Shown here: in pieces, positions 62,276 through 64,000 of the stretch
How positions within the stretch are numbered: the stretch's first letter is position 1
Layout of the letters: every line of letters starts with the position of its first letter
Source of the DNA: Candidatus Eiseniibacteriota bacterium
GTDB taxonomy: Bacteria; Eisenbacteria; RBG-16-71-46
Assembly (NCBI GenBank): GCA_963744995.1
Contig: CAVUWA010000009.1
Coordinates: forward strand, 416,001-480,000
Direction of reading: 5' to 3'
Length of the DNA stretch: 64,000 nucleotides
Translations under genes and position numbers: made by a program
The notes under the pieces: model-generated
Seen by the model: the letters and a program-made list of their open reading frames with translations, nothing else
Database searches by the model: none
What the model was told of the DNA's origin: nothing

Positions 62276-63660
62276 TCCACGCCGCCGATCGAGAACTTGA
62301 AGCGGATCGACTCATGGCTCCAGGCGAGACCCGCCGAGGCCATCATGCCCTGGTCGGTGCGCAGCCGCAGCAGCCCGGCGTAGGACGTTTCGAGCCGGTC
62401 GGGGCGCAACACGACGAGATCCGGGAACACGCCACCCGCCTCGAAACGCCACTCGAACTCCAGGTTCTTGCCGAGCGGCAGGATGTAACCCAGGCGCGCG
62501 AGCGCCAGGTCCACGTCGTGGAAACGGCCCGCACCGAAGCCGGCGAGTCCGGCATGCCCGCCAAGCGACTCGAGATCGGGAATCCACAGCGCTCCGCCCG
62601 CGCGATCGGGACGCTGGTCCACAGCCCGCAGCAGCAGCCGCACGGTGCGCGGATCGCGGCCGAAGGAGAATCCCCCCTCTGCCTCCCAGCTGAGGCGCGT
62701 GAACGAGCGGCCGCCGGTGTGCGCGTCCTCGAGCGCAAAGGCGCGGATCGGCCGATCGTGGCGTTCCGCCTCGAACGCGGCGCGCCAGCCGCCGGTCCAG
62801 TGGGGTCTGCCATGGCGGGCATCGTGGGAGATGCGCACGCCGTAGACGAGACGCTCGGTGCGCCGCCCCAGCATCGAAGCGGCGAACTCCGGAAACAGAA
62901 CCTCGAGCGAGGGGTCGTCCGGATCGCGTCCGGTCGTCATTTTCGTGACCTGCGGACCCGCCCACACGGCCAGCTGCGTGCGCAGCGGCTCGTCGCGCGG
63001 CGCCGTCGGATGAACGACCACCCCGTCCACGGTCTGCAGCATCGCGGGGCCGCCGCGGCGGTACGGGTAGACGGCGATCAGCCGCAGCGCTTGCGAACGA
63101 GTCGCGTAGGCGCTCTTCGCGTCGGCATCCGCGTCCATGCCGAGCCCGACGAAGCGCTCGCGCGGCCGCCATTCCGACACGTAGAGCACGCGCAGCGGGC
63201 CCGCGAATCCGCCGACCCGGTCCCGGTTGTAGCCACGCGTGCTGGCGCTGGCCTCGAGAGCGAGATGCCGTCCCACCACCGGCGGGGAGAACGTGAGCCC
63301 GGCGCCGAGTCCCGTGCGATCGCCGAGCGAAGCGGGCAGGGCGGCCAGACCGAGCGCTCGGGGCAGCGCCAACCGGCTGACGAGAATCGGAACGAGGTTC
63401 TCGTCCTCGACGTAGAGAAGCCCCGATTCGGTGGCGCGGCCGAGCCACCGGAACGGCAGCGACACGAGGTACCCCGGCGCGCGCAGCACGGACTCCCAGG
63501 TCTCCGCGGGGCGTACCGGTCTCTCCGGGATCCAGGCAGGCGCGTTCAATGCCGCGAGGGGATCGGTGGCCGTGCTGTCGCGCGGCGCGTCCGCGAGCGC
63601 GGGCGGACCATTCGCGAGGGCCGTGAGGGCCCACAGGATGGCGACGCGGAGAACCCTCAT
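62272..63660 (-). CDS. BamA/TamA (Omp85)-like outer-membrane beta-barrel without evident POTRA domains
   Basis: ALA signal peptide, F.GLG, LGG..GLAGF..GRFHD loop-6-like motif, terminal strand IRFKFSIG. Confidence 0.65.
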   Translation of the reverse strand: MRVLRVAILWALTALANGPPALADAPRDSTATDPLAALNAPAWIPERPVRPAETWESVLRAPGYLVSLPFRWLGRATESGLLYVEDENLVPILVSRLALPRALGLAALPASLGDRTGLGAGLTFSPPVVGRHLALEASASTRGYNRDRVGGFAGPLRVLYVSEWRPRERFVGLGMDADADAKSAYATRSQALRLIAVYPYRRGGPAMLQTVDGVVVHPTAPRDEPLRTQLAVWAGPQVTKMTTGRDPDDPSLEVLFPEFAASMLGRRTERLVYGVRISHDARHGRPHWTGGWRAAFEAERHDRPIRAFALEDAHTGGRSFTRLSWEAEGGFSFGRDPRTVRLLLRAVDQRPDRAGGALWIPDLESLGGHAGLAGFGAGRFHDVDLALARLGYILPLGKNLEFEWRFEAGGVFPDLVVLRPDRLETSYAGLLRLRTDQGMMASAGLAWSHESIRFKFSIGGVE

Positions 63661-63813
63661 CGAGGGCAGCACTATTGCCCCCGGCAGACGGGCCGTCAAA
63701 CCCGAACGGCCGGGCGGCGGGCTCCGGACTGGCTGCCATCACGGGCTTCGATTAGGGTGCGCTCGCGGCCGCGATCGGGACGGTCGCCGCTCCCCCTGGA
63801 GGTCGCGAACGCG

Positions 63814-64000
63814 ATGCCCGAGGACACCGCACCCGCTGCCGGCCTGCGGCCCGGCCGGCTCGACCGTGCACTGCGCGCGTTCGGCGACGTGCGCGGGGGG
63901 GAGGGCGCGCGCACTCTGCTCATGTTCGCGAACGTCTTCCTCCTGCTGGTCGCCTACTACGTGCTCAAGACCGTGCGCGAGCCGCTGATCCTCACCCGCG
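63814..64000 (+). CDS. Npt1/Npt2 (TLC ATP/ADP translocase-like) MFS transporter, N-terminal fragment (3' truncated by window)
   Basis: Not in the ORF track. Translates MPEDTAP...FGDVRGGEGARTLLMFANVFLLLVAYYVLKTVREPLILTR, matching the (D/E)VRxGE...YYxLKxxR start of this family. Confidence 0.75.
   Translation, partial: MPEDTAPAAGLRPGRLDRALRAFGDVRGGEGARTLLMFANVFLLLVAYYVLKTVREPLILTR

Overview
Very GC-rich bacterial chromosome segment. It is mostly core genes: aroA-cmk-plsC-rpsA, mutS, mutL-miaA, tRNA-Gly-der-plsY-gpsA, merR-tRNA-Pro, surE-pcm-tRNA-Pro-acyP-sigma-apt, dut and glnS. These are interleaved with accessory envelope and signalling genes. The diderm-type genes and a C-terminal 'SWGRLKxxYR' tail suggest an FCB-related candidate lineage such as Ca. 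Eisenbacteria (inference). I found no CRISPR array, rRNA, integrase or IS. The two strongest candidates for undescribed systems are: (1) at the right end, a secreted kinase-fold protein translationally coupled to a POTRA-less Omp85-like barrel and divergent from an Npt/TLC-type ATP/ADP translocase, a possible ATP-fed extracytoplasmic phosphorylation module; (2) a four-gene coupled operon of VOC dioxygenase, Rieske oxygenase, atypical A-PCP-TE NRPS-like enzyme and ArnT-like GT-C. Also notable are a recurrent leaderless-promoter pattern, an ECF43-type sigma/kinase pair with an unusual kinase architecture, a degenerate GGDEF protein keeping an RxxD motif, and an insertion in GlnRS. All family calls are from motif recognition by eye; no searches were run.
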